A stretch of DNA of 60,563 bases, taken from NCBI RefSeq assembly GCF_004010195.1, contig NC_057719.1:37386138-37446700 (forward strand), written 5' to 3'. Below, one piece after another: positions 23,371 to 35,974 of the stretch. This stretch comes from Chiloscyllium plagiosum. Taxonomy: Eukaryota. The notes below the pieces were generated by a model. It was not told where the DNA came from and did no database searches. It worked only from the letters and a program-made list of their open reading frames with translations. Position 1 is the stretch's first letter. Every line of letters starts with the position of its first letter. A program made the translations under genes and the position numbers.

Positions 23371-25107
23371 TAATTATGGATGGAAATCAATTTTGTGGCT
23401 GGAAACTGTTAGGATTTATCTGAAAACTAGCAACTTAAGATTTTGTCTAATTATTAGATTCCAGAAATATGGAAAATGGCAAGACTAATCACTGTCCCAA
23501 AATGGTTTCTTGAATCAATATGCTGTCTATGAAAGTTATATAAACAATACAATGTACTAATCCTTTGCCCGTCTGCAAAAGTGCTCTGCTACTGTGAACT
23601 GTACAACTAATTAAACTGAGAATCCTTTACAGGTTTTGAGAGCAAAATCATGAATCAGACTCAAGCTCTGAAATCTTATTTCATCCAAGCAATAATAAAT
23701 ACAGACATGTTTTTGAGAAGTTCCTGGAATGATGCAGATATAGATTAATGGAAACCATTCAAACGTTGTATAGTTGTCACTCCCTGGCCACAAAATATAA
23801 GAAATGTAAAAATAAATTTTTAAAGGTAGGCATTACATTTTTCACCGTGTTAAGATTGAAGTACATTAAAATAAAACAAAGCTTGGTGATATTGTTATAA
23901 TGATTTAAATAACATGTTTTCCGGTGAATATGACAAATGCTGATACAAAACTTACTAAATATGTTCCTTATTCAATGATAGATCTATTGTCAACAAGAGC
24001 AGATGGCCAGAATCAACACCTCAACAACTGTTGTTCCTTCACAGGAGCAACATTTGGGCAATGTCAATAAAACCTGGGATTGAACAGGGTGGGAAAGAAA
24101 AGGGAGATAGGCAACAGTTTGCAGATGTAGCACCATTTAAAAGAACCCAAGCTGTTAAAATTCTGACAGTGTTGTTCATATTTGTGAGAAATCCATTGCA
24201 TTCCCTGGAGAATTTTAAACAATTTACAACCTTACCGAAGTCTGTGTTTGGAGCTTGCTGTATTAACTCATGTATTATTGACTAAGTTACAACAGGCTCC
24301 TTCCATGTTGCTATTAGGGGCACAGCTTCAGATCAGGTACCTGGTGTTAGGCTGAAATAGTGTTAGGCTGCAATTACTTGACAGTAATTACTTCTGAATT
24401 GGCCACTTAGTGAGCAGAGGCTATGCTCACCATTCATTTAAAGACATTGGGTGGGGCTCTCTAAGCTGGAAGGCCAGCAGGATGGGAAGGGCTGATGCCT
24501 TCTGTTAGAGGGCTCCTCCTCTTGAGATGCCTGCTCAATAACTTTAGATTTAAAAGTGGTCTGACAGCTCCAAGGCTACCCATGTGGAGGCAGAATCCCT
24601 CCACAGGGCAGCCTGCCTCTACAGCTGTGGCCAGACAGATGGGGAGACTGCTTGGGGTGCTGCCCCCGATCTACAGCTAGACAGACAGTCTCTTTCCAAT
24701 GAGATGTGGGCCCATAGGACAACTGGAAAATTCCAGCCAGGCTCTGTTCATTGGCTTCAGTAGGCCACTGATTAACCTCCTCTGACTACTCGCTGCTGAC
24801 TACTGGTGTAGCGTCCAGACATTCTCTCACTTGCCTGAATATTTGCATCCCTTTTAGTGCAAACATTCAGTCCCAAGGGTTCCTTATATCAGAAAAGGTC
24901 ATCAATTCCTGATTAAATCCTAATTAAAATGCCATATCAATTGAATAAGCTTTAAGGTTTAATCTGCAACAACTATAACAGTACAATGATTAATCTCATC
25001 AAGGTCTATACAATGCTGAATATATCACCATTTGCAAGTGATTTCATTAGATTTCCCAGTTACAGCTAAATGCTTTATGTCCTATTAAAGTGCAAATAAT
25101 TACTTGC

Positions 25108-25255
25108 AAAGTTCTGTGGATGCTGGAGATCTGAAATAAAAAGTGACATTTTTGGAGAAACTGGAGTTTCAAAGAAGATCGTATCAGACTAAGAAAAGTT
25201 GATTTTGTTTCTCTCTCCACAGATTATGCTGAGTTTCCCCAACAATTATTTGCTC
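25108..25255. mobile_element. Old degenerate inverted PLE terminal-repeat pair
   Basis: ggatgctggagatctgaaataaaa...ggagaaact is followed by the opposite-orientation ctctctccacagat...gctgagtttcccc. Confidence 0.5.
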
Positions 25256-25620
25256 TTTTAAGAACAAGAAAAACATTATAAAAGTTGTAAGTGAGACAAA
25301 ATGGATGACAATGGTTATTATATTTCAGTGAAGGACAGAGAAGGTTTAAGCCTTTCTCCATTCTCATTCCTCTGGTAAACAGCCTGCTGTGTGCAACATT
25401 TACTCAGTGTTGCTTCCATTAGACAAAAAGGATTAATCACAAAATTATAGTTAATGAGAAATCTGCCTACATGTCAGAAAAGAATCCAAATGATTTCAGC
25501 AGGTAACGATTGTAAATTCTGTGAGGAAATTGCTTCTCCAGATCACAGACTAGGAATTATGTAGGGAGTAACTCATCTTCTGACACCACAAAGCCTGTCC
25601 ACCAACTATAACACAAAGGT

Positions 25621-25818
25621 TAGATTAGATTACTTACAGTGTGGAAACAGGCCCTTCGGCCCAACAAGTCCACACTGACCCGCAACCGGAGCACCCGGAG
25701 GAAACCCACGCAGACACGGGGAGAATGTGCAAACTCCACACAGTCAGTCGCCTGAGGCAGGAATTGAACCCGGGTCTCTGGCGCTGTGAGGCAGCAGTGC
25801 TAACCACTGTGCCACCCA
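25621..25818 (-). mobile_element. HE1-type SINE, internally shortened, inside a LINE remnant (about 25510-26045)
   Basis: Head ggtggcacagtggttagcactgctgcctcacagcgccag, B-box ggttcaattcc, tail gggccgaagggcctgtttccacactgta(atcta)n. Confidence 0.9.
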
Positions 25819-26069
25819 ACATGAGTGGCAGCTGAGTGGGTGCAACTCAAATAACATTCAAGAAGTCTGACACTATCCAAGACAAAGCAGCCTGCTCAAT
25901 TGGCATTACAACTGTAAACATTCACATACCATCCTCCACCATTGACACTCAGTAACAGCAGTGCGTACTATCTGTGAGATATACTGTAGAAATACGCCAA
26001 GGCTCCTTGTAGAACACTTACCAAACCCACAATAACTACCATCTAGAATGGTCTGGCGTTGCTCTCAAT

Positions 26070-27620
26070 TTCTGCACTCCTTTCCGATGTAACATTAAAA
26101 CATTCCAGAAAAAGAGAGGAAAAAGGGTCATCAGAGAATGAGAAATTTAAAGAATTCATTATCACTAATGAAATATTACAGTCAAAATTAGTGCACTGAA
26201 AGTGGTCACACCCCTTGTGCTGCATGGTCTACGTGCTAGTTTCTTATTATAAATAGGTGTCTAGAGAAATAGTGAAAGCATTGGTTTTGATCTTCCAGAA
26301 CTCCCTAACTCTAAAATGGTAGGAAGGAAAAGGGGTAATCAGAGAATGAGAAACATAAAGAATTATTTCATCTAACAGTAAGTTTAGAGCTTACCAGAGA
26401 GCAGGCTGTTTTAGAATCAGTATTATGCAGTGAGATAAAATTAATTAATGATCTCACAGTCAAGGTACCTTAAGATGGAAGTGACAACAACATGATTTAA
26501 TTCAGTTTGATGAAAAGAAAGATGTGGCTGAGACCTCTTTAACATTTTCAGAAGACAATTGTAAAGGCATAAAAACCAAGCTAGCAAATTAGGTTAATGG
26601 AAAGATCGATAGAAATGCAATGGCAAAGGTTGAAGGAGATATTTCACAATACACGGAATAAATATATTCCGAAGAGTAAGAAAAAAATCCAAGAGACAGA
26701 CCCCCTGACCATGGTTAGCTAGAAAGTTTGAAGATTGTATAAAAGCGAGACAAAAAGTGTATAATTTTGCAAAGGCAATTTTCAGGTCAGAAGACTGGAC
26801 AGAATATAAAGAACATCCAAGAATAAACAAAAAAGAATAAGGAGGGGAATATTATGAGAGAAAACCAGCTTGAAATATAAAAATAAATTCATGAATTTCC
26901 ATAAATATTTTAAAATGTGAGTATCAGGCCTATAAAAAGTAAGTTTGGAGGCATAATACTGAAAAATAAGGAACTAGTGGAATCATTGAAACAGTATTTA
27001 CATCAGTCTTCACTATACAAGATAACAAGGAAGATCCCAGAAGTAGCCATATATTAAGGTTTGGAAGGAGGGAGGAACTCACGAAAATTACACAATCACC
27101 AGAGAATAAATTGTAGCAGTTACAGGCTAACATGTGCATAGATCCTGTGGGTCTAAAAAAAGGTGGCTAGTGAGATAGCGATTCCGGTTTTAATTTTTCA
27201 AAACTCCCTTGATTCAGAGAAGGTCTCATGAGATTGAAATGTAACTTACCTATTCAAAAAGGAAGGAGACAGAAAGCAGGAAACTGCAGGCCAGTTAATT
27301 CAACATCTGTCTTTAGGAAGATGTTAGCAGCTATTATTAAACAAGTTATAGCAGGGCACTTATACAAGTTCAAGAGAATCAGGCAACAGGAACATGGTTT
27401 TGTGGAACGGAAATCATATTTAACTAAACTAATGGAGTTCTTTAAGGAAGTAACATTTTCTGAAGGAAACTGGTGAATACACTGTACCTATATTTCCAGA
27501 AGGCATCTGATAAAGTGCCAAATCAAAGACTGCGCAGAAAATAAACATTGGTGGAGTTGGGGATAGCATATTGACATGATTGGAAGCAGAATGTAGGCAT
27601 AAATCTTTTTTATCAGCTTG
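26070..27620 (+). mobile_element. Old fragmented CR1 ORF2 remnants
   Basis: KGRRQKAGNCRPV...EHGFVERKSYLTKLMEFF at 27228-27476, with decayed linker sequence upstream. Confidence 0.7.
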
Positions 27621-29059
27621 GCAAACAGGTTACTGCAGTCCATAAAGTATTAGAGGGACACGAAGGCTTATGATCTACTTTGTTTGAATGAAATGCATGA
27701 TGAGGTGGTGACAGGAGAAAGGGGGAGGGGTAGAATATGACATAAGCTTTAACGATTAGGACTGTCAAGTTACTTAAACAGTATCATTTTGGAAGCAACT
27801 TGACTGAAAGGTAATGATATGGTTTAAGAAAGTGCGATCACAGCATGCGGAATGCCACTTACTCTAACCTCCATGCATTTGCTGACTATATCAGTACAGG
27901 TAGTTACACAGCTGACTGAGTAGATTAGCGTTAAGGCAGTATTGGAAATGCCAGTGTTAAACACAGACTTTGTTGAGCTATTTCTGAAGTCTGGCATGAC
28001 GCTCTCAAATTTTAGCTATTTGAAATATACTAACAGTGTGATCCTCCATTTACACTGATGCATTGATCATTGCAATTCCAAAGCAGCACAGGAACCATGA
28101 ATTGGCAGGTTTCAAATGTGTATTGCTGCTAATAGCAGCTCTGCATTCTCTTGTTATTGTTCCTCCTCAAAATAATGCCTGTATTCAACTGGAACTTGAT
28201 CAAAATGTATATAATTACAGTAAATGATATACTGTACATGGAAGAATTTGCATCCAGAAGCCATTATTTTGATACATAAAACTGCACAGAAGCATTGTAA
28301 AATCTTGGATACACCCTTTCATAGCCATCTCTCTTAGTCAAGAATCAACCAACACAGAACGTTTTATACAAGACAGAATGTCTTTGTTTAGGTTATAGGC
28401 AATGTAATCCATACTTTAGTCCATATTTTGTTCCTTGGTTTAGCATGTTTTGTTTTATATTTGGAATATTTTTGTCGAATTTCACACCACAGGACATGCG
28501 CCACTAAAGACATTTCTAAATTAATCAAGCACTAACAGCAGCTGTAACTGTACCAGCCACTGAACTAAGTCTATTGCCTCCATTTCTCACTCTCTCATAA
28601 ATAACGTTCAGGTAATACAATGTCAAGCAGTAAATCAGAGTGGATAGTAAGAGTGCACAAAGAAAATGCAAGAAAAATAGGACAGAATTTAATTTCCCAC
28701 CACCAAGCCCTGGTGAATTCAGCTGCTTGGTCTGGCAGGAGAGTTCACCTTCCAACATCCTGATTTTTTTATCAAATCTAAAGCAGAAAAACTTTGAGGT
28801 ATCCTACCCTATCAAAATATCAATTTAGGCCTTTTTAAAGTGGACAATTGATTCCCTATTGGACTTGCTTTGGGCTTCTTATTGCTTATTCAAAGACAGT
28901 CTACAGCTGATCAAGGTACATCAGGAAGAGTAAGAATCCTACTGACCGCCACACCGACTCTAACTCCAACTCCAGGCCTCCCCCCCCACCAACCCCTCCC
29001 CCCTCCCCCACCACTCCCTTACCAGTAACCCTCTCACTATGACAGGTTTTCCTTTTCAA

Positions 29060-29990
29060 TAAGTTCATGGCATTACTGGCCAGACCAGAATTGATTGTGT
29101 ATCTCCTGGAGAAGGTGGTGGTGACCCATCTTCTCGAACCACTGCAATCCTTAGGGTGCAGGGCAGCCTCACTTGTCAAGGAGAGACTTCTAGGATGTTA
29201 ATCAAGTGATCGTGAAGGAACAGCAACATATTTTCAAGCCAGGATGGTGAGTGGCTTGGAGAGGAACTTGTAAGAAATGGGACTACCTAATGTATTATCT
29301 GTCCTTATCATTGTAGATGGTAGAGATCATGGATTTGGAAAATGCTGTTGCAGAGGCCTTGGTGAGTTACTGCGGTGAATCTCATAGATGGTGCACACTG
29401 CTGCCGCTCTGTTTCGGTGGTGAAGTGAAGGAAGGTTGAAGTTGTGAGATGGGGTGCCAATCAAACCAGCTGTTTTATCTTATTTGAGATCATGCCTCTC
29501 GAGTATTGTTAGAGCTGCACTGATCCAGGTAAGTGAGGAATATTCCATCACACTCCTAATTTGTACCTTGCAGTTAGTGGGCAAGAGTTGCAGAGACAGA
29601 AGGTGGATTGCTCAGAATTCCCAAACTCTGATCTGCACAAACCACAGTATTTATATGTCTGCTCCAGTTCAGTTCTGGTCATTGGTAACCCCCAGGATGC
29701 TGATAAAGCAGTTTTCAGTGATGGTAATGAGATTGAATGTCAAGGGAAAATGGTTAGATTCTCACTTGTTGAAGATGATCATTTCCTAACACTTGTGTGA
29801 CAGATGTTACTTGCTATTTGTCAGCCCGAACCTAGATATTTTCAGTTTCTTGCTACATTAGGACATGGACTGCTTCACTATCTGAGGAGTTGCAAGTGGT
29901 GGTGAATATTGCACAATCAGCGAAAATCCCACTTCTGATTTTATGATGGAGGGAAAGTCATTTAGGGTTGGGACACTACCCTGAGGTGAC
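29060..29990 (-). mobile_element. Old LINE RT/3' fragment of the 52-54.8 kb family
   Basis: Reverse-complement similarity to 53.9-54.8 kb, including the tail. A decayed minus-strand SINE follows at about 29990-30290. Confidence 0.65.
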
Positions 29991-31529
29991 AGACTTCGTA
30001 GCAGTTTGATTTAACTGAATGGCTTGCTCAGCCATTTTAGAGTGCAGTTAAGAATCAATCATATTACTGCAAATCTGGGGTCATGTGCAGGCTAAATCAG
30101 CTAGAGATGGCATAATACTTTCCATGAAAAATATTTGTGAACAAAGTGGATTTTATAACTATTGATTTTCATCAGTTTTCTCAGATTCTTTTGTTGAATT
30201 CAGATTTCACAAATGATATAGTAGGATTTCATCCAACATTACCATAACGTTTGCCTATGGCTCTAGATTATCAGTCCATTGCCATTATCACTGCACCCCC
30301 AACTCCATTCCACTATCACTTACCTTTATCTTGAGACCCCTGGTAAGGCCCAAGTGAATTGCCAGCAGCAGCCACTACTCCCAATGGCATTGCCAGCCTC
30401 TGACTGTCCAGGACACTTGGAGACAAAGTTTATTCCTTCGTGGGGAAGTACAACAACTAAATGGCTCCCATGGAATGAGAATCTCCATGAGTAGGGTTGA
30501 CAATCATTGACATAGTTTCCCCAGGCTACTTCTCCTGAAATATGTTTATGGGATGTGGATGTTACTGGCAAAGCCAACAATTGGAGATCCCAGGTTCAGT
30601 AATAGACAGTGTCACCCTCATTATATTTTACTCATATACTTTGAGCTTCATAATTGATTCTTAGTCAAATCACATGGAATCTGTAATGTTACCACTGTCT
30701 CGAAATGTCTGTAGCTCATACAAGTGTCAGAGTGACTCGCAGGTGAACTTTATCCCTGTGCAGAAGCTGCACCTGGAGACCTCATTCCTTTTTCAATTGC
30801 TGTTTCCAAGTTAGCTTGTATGGCACAGGAGAGTGGGAAGTTAATAACACAGACTTAAAAAACATTCAACATGTCATCTCTGGATTATTCAGGCTGCATA
30901 CTTATATTTGTAAGCTTAGAATAGATTGTTTTACAAATCTTTGAATAATGTGATGGTATCGTGTTTATTCCACCCTTATACATTGCAGCTTAACTCCTAA
31001 AACTTGTCAACTTTTAAACAAAAATAGTTAAAAAGATAAGTTTAATGTCCAAGTGAAAAATCAATTAAACGTGGCCCATATCTCCCCAACTCCAGATCAT
31101 CAATACCAGATGTGTAATCCAAGATATGTTAGGATCGTGCAAAAACCTGGAATTAATCACTCAGTGTGAAATGCCCACAAATGTTTAATGAACAAATTTC
31201 CTGCTCTCACTTACCTTATCACTCCCAACCCACTTACCTGGATACTTATCCAGTAGATGTTAGTACAATCTGAGTCTAATTCCTGGAAAGTACCAAAATA
31301 ACCTTTCCAACACTCACATTGATTGGACTCTCAATTCCCCAAGACCCTGACTGAGCCCCTGACACTGACTCAGGAATCCCCAACACCTGAATTGATTAAT
31401 CCTTACCACCAGGCTCCCCCACCAACCTGACAGGGTCCAAATCTGACAAATCTTACCAATCCACACATGCACCCACCTGCTACGCCTGACTCTCTGTCGG
31501 CTACGTCGAATACTCCACTTCAGTACCTG

Positions 31530-32830
31530 CACAGGCACTGTGCCCCAACTCCTCCACCGTTACACCAATGACTGCATCGGCGCAGTGTCCTGCACCCAGA
31601 CTGAACTGGAGCAGTTCATTGACTTCTCCCACAAATTCCACCCTGCCCTCAAATTCACTTGGTCCACCTGGAAACCTCCCTCCCCTTTCTCGACTTCTCC
31701 ATTTCTATCTCTGGCAACAATCTCCAGACAGACGTTTACTATAAACCCACAGAATCTCACAACTACCTGGACTACACCACCTTCCACCCAGTATCCAGCA
31801 AGAACTAAATCCCGTTCTCCCAACTCCGCCGCCTCCGCCACATCTGCTCAGACGAGGAGACATTTCACTCCCAAACATCCCAGATGTCCACCTATTTCAA
31901 ACAATGCGCTTTTCCCCCCTCTGTCATCCAGATAGCCCTCCACTGCACCATCTCCATTCCCCGCTGCACTGCTCTAAACCCCCCTTACTAAAAGAAATAA
32001 AGACTCACCTACCACTCCACCAGTCTTCACATCCAATGTATCATCCTTAAACACTTCCGCCAACTCCAAATAGACCCCACCACCAAGAACATCTTCCCCT
32101 CCACACCACTCTCTGCTTTGCAAGGATTATTCCCGAGACTGTCCTTGGTTCGTGCCACTCTCCCCACCAAAACCCACGGACCAGAAAAAATGCAAAACCC
32201 GCCAGCACACCACCCCCCTCACCTCCATGTAGGGCCCCAAACAATCGATCCAGGTGAGACAGAGGTTCATCTGCTTCTCTTTCAACCTAGTTTATTGTAT
32301 CCGGACCAAACGTAAACTTAGGGCATGTTTTGCCAAGCATCTCAGCCGGGCCGACAGGGGCTGACTGGACCTCCCAGTCACTGCCCACTTTAATTCCCCT
32401 TCCCACTCCCTTTCCAACATGACCATCCTCAGCCTCCTTCATTGCCACAATGAACCAAACCGCAAATTGGAGGAACAACACCTCATCTTCCTCCTGGGCA
32501 GTCTACAGCCTGGAGGACTCAACATTGAGTTTTCCAATTTTAAATAAACTCCCTTCCTATCGCCCGACTCCCTTCCCAGCCCCTCCCCCTCCCTTCCATT
32601 CTTCTGACTGACCGTTCCTTCCAGCTACTAACCGGATTCATTCCTTCCATCAACCAACCAGGTCGTACCCTCTATCTGTGGTCACCTATCCCTACTCACC
32701 CCATCCCCTTTATCAGCAGCTCCCCTTACACTCACTCCCAGTCCTGAAGAAGAATTACACCCAAAACATTGACTTCTGCACCTCCTGATGCTGCCTGCTT
32801 GCTCTGTTCATTCAGCCTCCTGCTTGCATA
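31530..32830 (+). mobile_element. Truncated Penelope-like element (RT C-terminus, partial GIY-YIG region, terminal repeat)
   Basis: RYTNDCIG..EQFIDFSHKFHPALKFTW and YKPT..HNYLDY motifs. Decayed hammerhead agtcCTGAAGA...AAAACATTgact at 32740-32775. Confidence 0.88.
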
Positions 32831-34034
32831 CTTCACTAGCTGCTGCCTTGTGTATCCCTCACGGGTACCATTGGAGAATCAGAGAAAGTGATTTGTACTT
32901 GTATTTTATCTGAAGAATCAACTAACTTAAGGAGAACATGAAAGTGAACACTGAATCTCTGAATAACAACCCTTATGGATGCTTATTACTGAATGACGGG
33001 CATCATGGCAACATTACAGATCTGACTTTCCCCTGTTTATAGTACAGCAGAGAGACATCTATAACACAGGAATTTCCAAGCTTTTGTGTTTATGGGTTAC
33101 ATAGTGAGAACAACAAGACCTCAGGGCCACATGAGAAGTTAAAATCCATGTTCCCATCACTAACCTCAAGGTGTGCATATCAACAGAATGCAAGCATTTC
33201 AATTTTAGGTTTGACCAGCAATAAAACTAAAGCACTTTAAGTGCTCTTTCAAAACATAGTCCATCAAAACTCAAAAACGACAAAAAGAAAATATAGTAGC
33301 ATATGAATAAAATTTTAACGGCAAAGTGAGGGCTAGTAACTGAAAATTGCTTATGACCATAGTTGTCCATCCTCATTCTAAGCTAGACAGGCCTAACACT
33401 AATGTTACAGGAGCCACATAATAACGTCCAATAGGATTATCAATACGATGAGCCAGCTATTTTTCCGGTTTCAAAGAAATGAATGCAGGTTGAAAAGATT
33501 TAGATAATGTATCCTTTTTCAGAAGTGTAGGGAAGGATAATTGTTGATGCTCATCAACGTCAACAAGATCAGTGTTGCCAATTCTCCATTATTCACATCA
33601 GACCCCTACAGCGAACAGAAAAATAAACTTTCAAATTTGATCAATGGGGCTGGAGTTAAACTCACGTCCCTGAGACAAAACGTTTCATACTGACCCACAA
33701 CATTATCCAGGTTCTTTCATCATTGTTCTTCAATGACCAGTAGTTAACTATGGAACATGTATAAAATGCTCTATAATAAACAGGCTTGTGCCTAATGACT
33801 CGGAGACTTTTAGGCAGTGGATTAACTGTCAGACAATATTTTCTGTCTCATCAGTATAACACTGAATGAAAGAGGTTGAAATTAAAACACTAAAACCAGG
33901 GAGAACTGAAAGCAGACAACAAACTTCTTCTGGAAATATTCAAAAGCAGACTGGCATGGAATATAATAAAGAGACAAAATAAGTTTTGCAGCTAAATTCA
34001 TCAAATTGATTAACATTGCTATGAATAGATGACA

Positions 34035-34070
34035 TTTAAATTTAAATTTAAATTTAAATTTAAATTTAAA
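34035..34070. repeat. (TTTAAA)6 self-complementary microsatellite
   Basis: Six perfect units read directly. Confidence 0.95.
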
Positions 34071-35974
34071 CAATTAAAACAAGAGAATGCAAATCACAGC
34101 GTGTAACCTATGAAAGAATGTGTGACATCTCTCTGTAAATGACCAATAAATTCAAATTAAATCTAAATATGGATGAATTATTAATAATCAAATTAAAAGT
34201 GAGAAGGAATTAGTCTAACAAGCATGCAGTTGTTCCGTGAATTCACTGAATGTCAGTTGCAGAATCAGCGCTAGAAGTGTAGCGAATAAGCAGCCAACTG
34301 GAAAATTCTATCTTTTCTAATTTCATTGCTGCATATGAACAAAGATATTAAGATTATTTTGCAGAACAAGTCAGCTGGAACTGCACAGAGCTCACAGCTT
34401 GCATTCATAGTGTGTGTTAGAAAATAAGACTGCTTCTCAGGCTATAAGTACAGATGATTCTGTGTTACATAACCATCCATGGATAATGATTTCTGTGAAT
34501 GGATTGAAATGTCACACTTTGAGCTTGGCTACTCCTGTTTGTTTGTAAAACCTCCGCTGTCTCAATTGAAATGGTGGCGGGAGTGTCAGTGTCAAGTCGC
34601 ACAATAGCATTTTACGCCTGGGTCATTTACTTGTCCTGTCAATGATTTTCTCTCCTATCAGGTCTGAAACTATTTAAAGGCAGGCATTGTGATATCCCAG
34701 AACTGACAAACTTTGTGCCAACTTGTAGCAGTTAAATTAACCTTCTGCACATTGAATTCTATGTGTGCCAGTTGCGTCAGGCATTTTTGAAAATGTCAGT
34801 GCAATCAGCATTAAACACTTACTAGCCAGAAGGAATGGCTATAAAGGAGGTATCACAAGAGTTTCCAGTTATTATTAAAGTGATTTAAAACACACACACA
34901 AATCTCCACAAAATAGTTTAGGATACAAGTTTAAAGTCATGTTTCAGTTCATTGGTCTAGTATGTGTTACATGTAAAGATATTAATAACCTTGGCAAAAT
35001 GAAACAAAAAGACCATTCAGAAAACAGATAGAAACTGCTGTGTGATTGGAAAGGACTTAGGAAAAGCTTTATACAGAAATGGAGTGGTGAGGAAAAGAAA
35101 AATAATCATGAGAATGTGAGACATGTGTCGGAAAGATTGGAGTGAATATATTTCTGCTCCTACACCTCCTTCTACACAGTGTACAAAAGGGCCAAAGAGT
35201 GAAAACACTGCATGCTCTCTCATTACTTGCATTTCTCACAGGGCTCAGAAGCTGAAGCTTTGTTGTTCTCATTCAGTTGGAGTTAACCTCTAGCTTCATT
35301 CTAATGTCTTGTAAACTAGGAGTGCATTAGCAGTTCCTTATTACCTGAAGAAGTATCAATGCTCCTGAGGGAAACATAATGAAGTTATTTCAACAACATG
35401 ACTGGTTCATAAAGGTCTAATTAGATAACTGTTCTCATAGAAGAAGTGTAACTCAAGAATAATTAATTTCTGGAACTGGAATATGCATATTGTATGAAGA
35501 ACCGTTATTTCCTATTATGCAGTCACTATGTCCACTTTCAATCATAAGTGATCACCAATATCTGACAGCTAGGTGCAAACCTTCATTAAAGCAACGTGGT
35601 GACACAATTTCTCTCATTCATTTTGGGAGTACTCACTATAATCAGAAAAGTACATTCAGAAGTTTAAAAAAATTATTTCATAAATATTAAAAACAATTTA
35701 ATAAAAACAGGATTTTTTTTTACCATTGAGTCTGCCTCGTCATTGTGTCCTGGCTGTGTTCAGAATCAGCCTAATTCATTATCAAATAGATGGACAATAC
35801 AGCGGGTGATAAAGGTCACTTTAAAATCCTCATAGGACCAGACCCAAATGCCACATGGGATTCTTCATCAGGGGTTGGGAATGGTAGTCCACGGGCCTTC
35901 TTGTGAGGTACCAGAGGTACCAAACCCACTGAGAAAAGGCCTTTTCTTTAAAAAAAAACTCTCTTAGAAGGATT

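Noticed and set aside
35227..35272. MRTTKLQLLSPVRNA ending at a phase-1 GT as a first exon
   Set aside because: Weak donor (CAA|gtaatg), poor start context and no other support.
35345..35410. Strong-looking donor CAG|gtaat as the canonical EML1 exon 1
   Set aside because: The phase-1 frame has an upstream stop and no MEDGFSS-like peptide.
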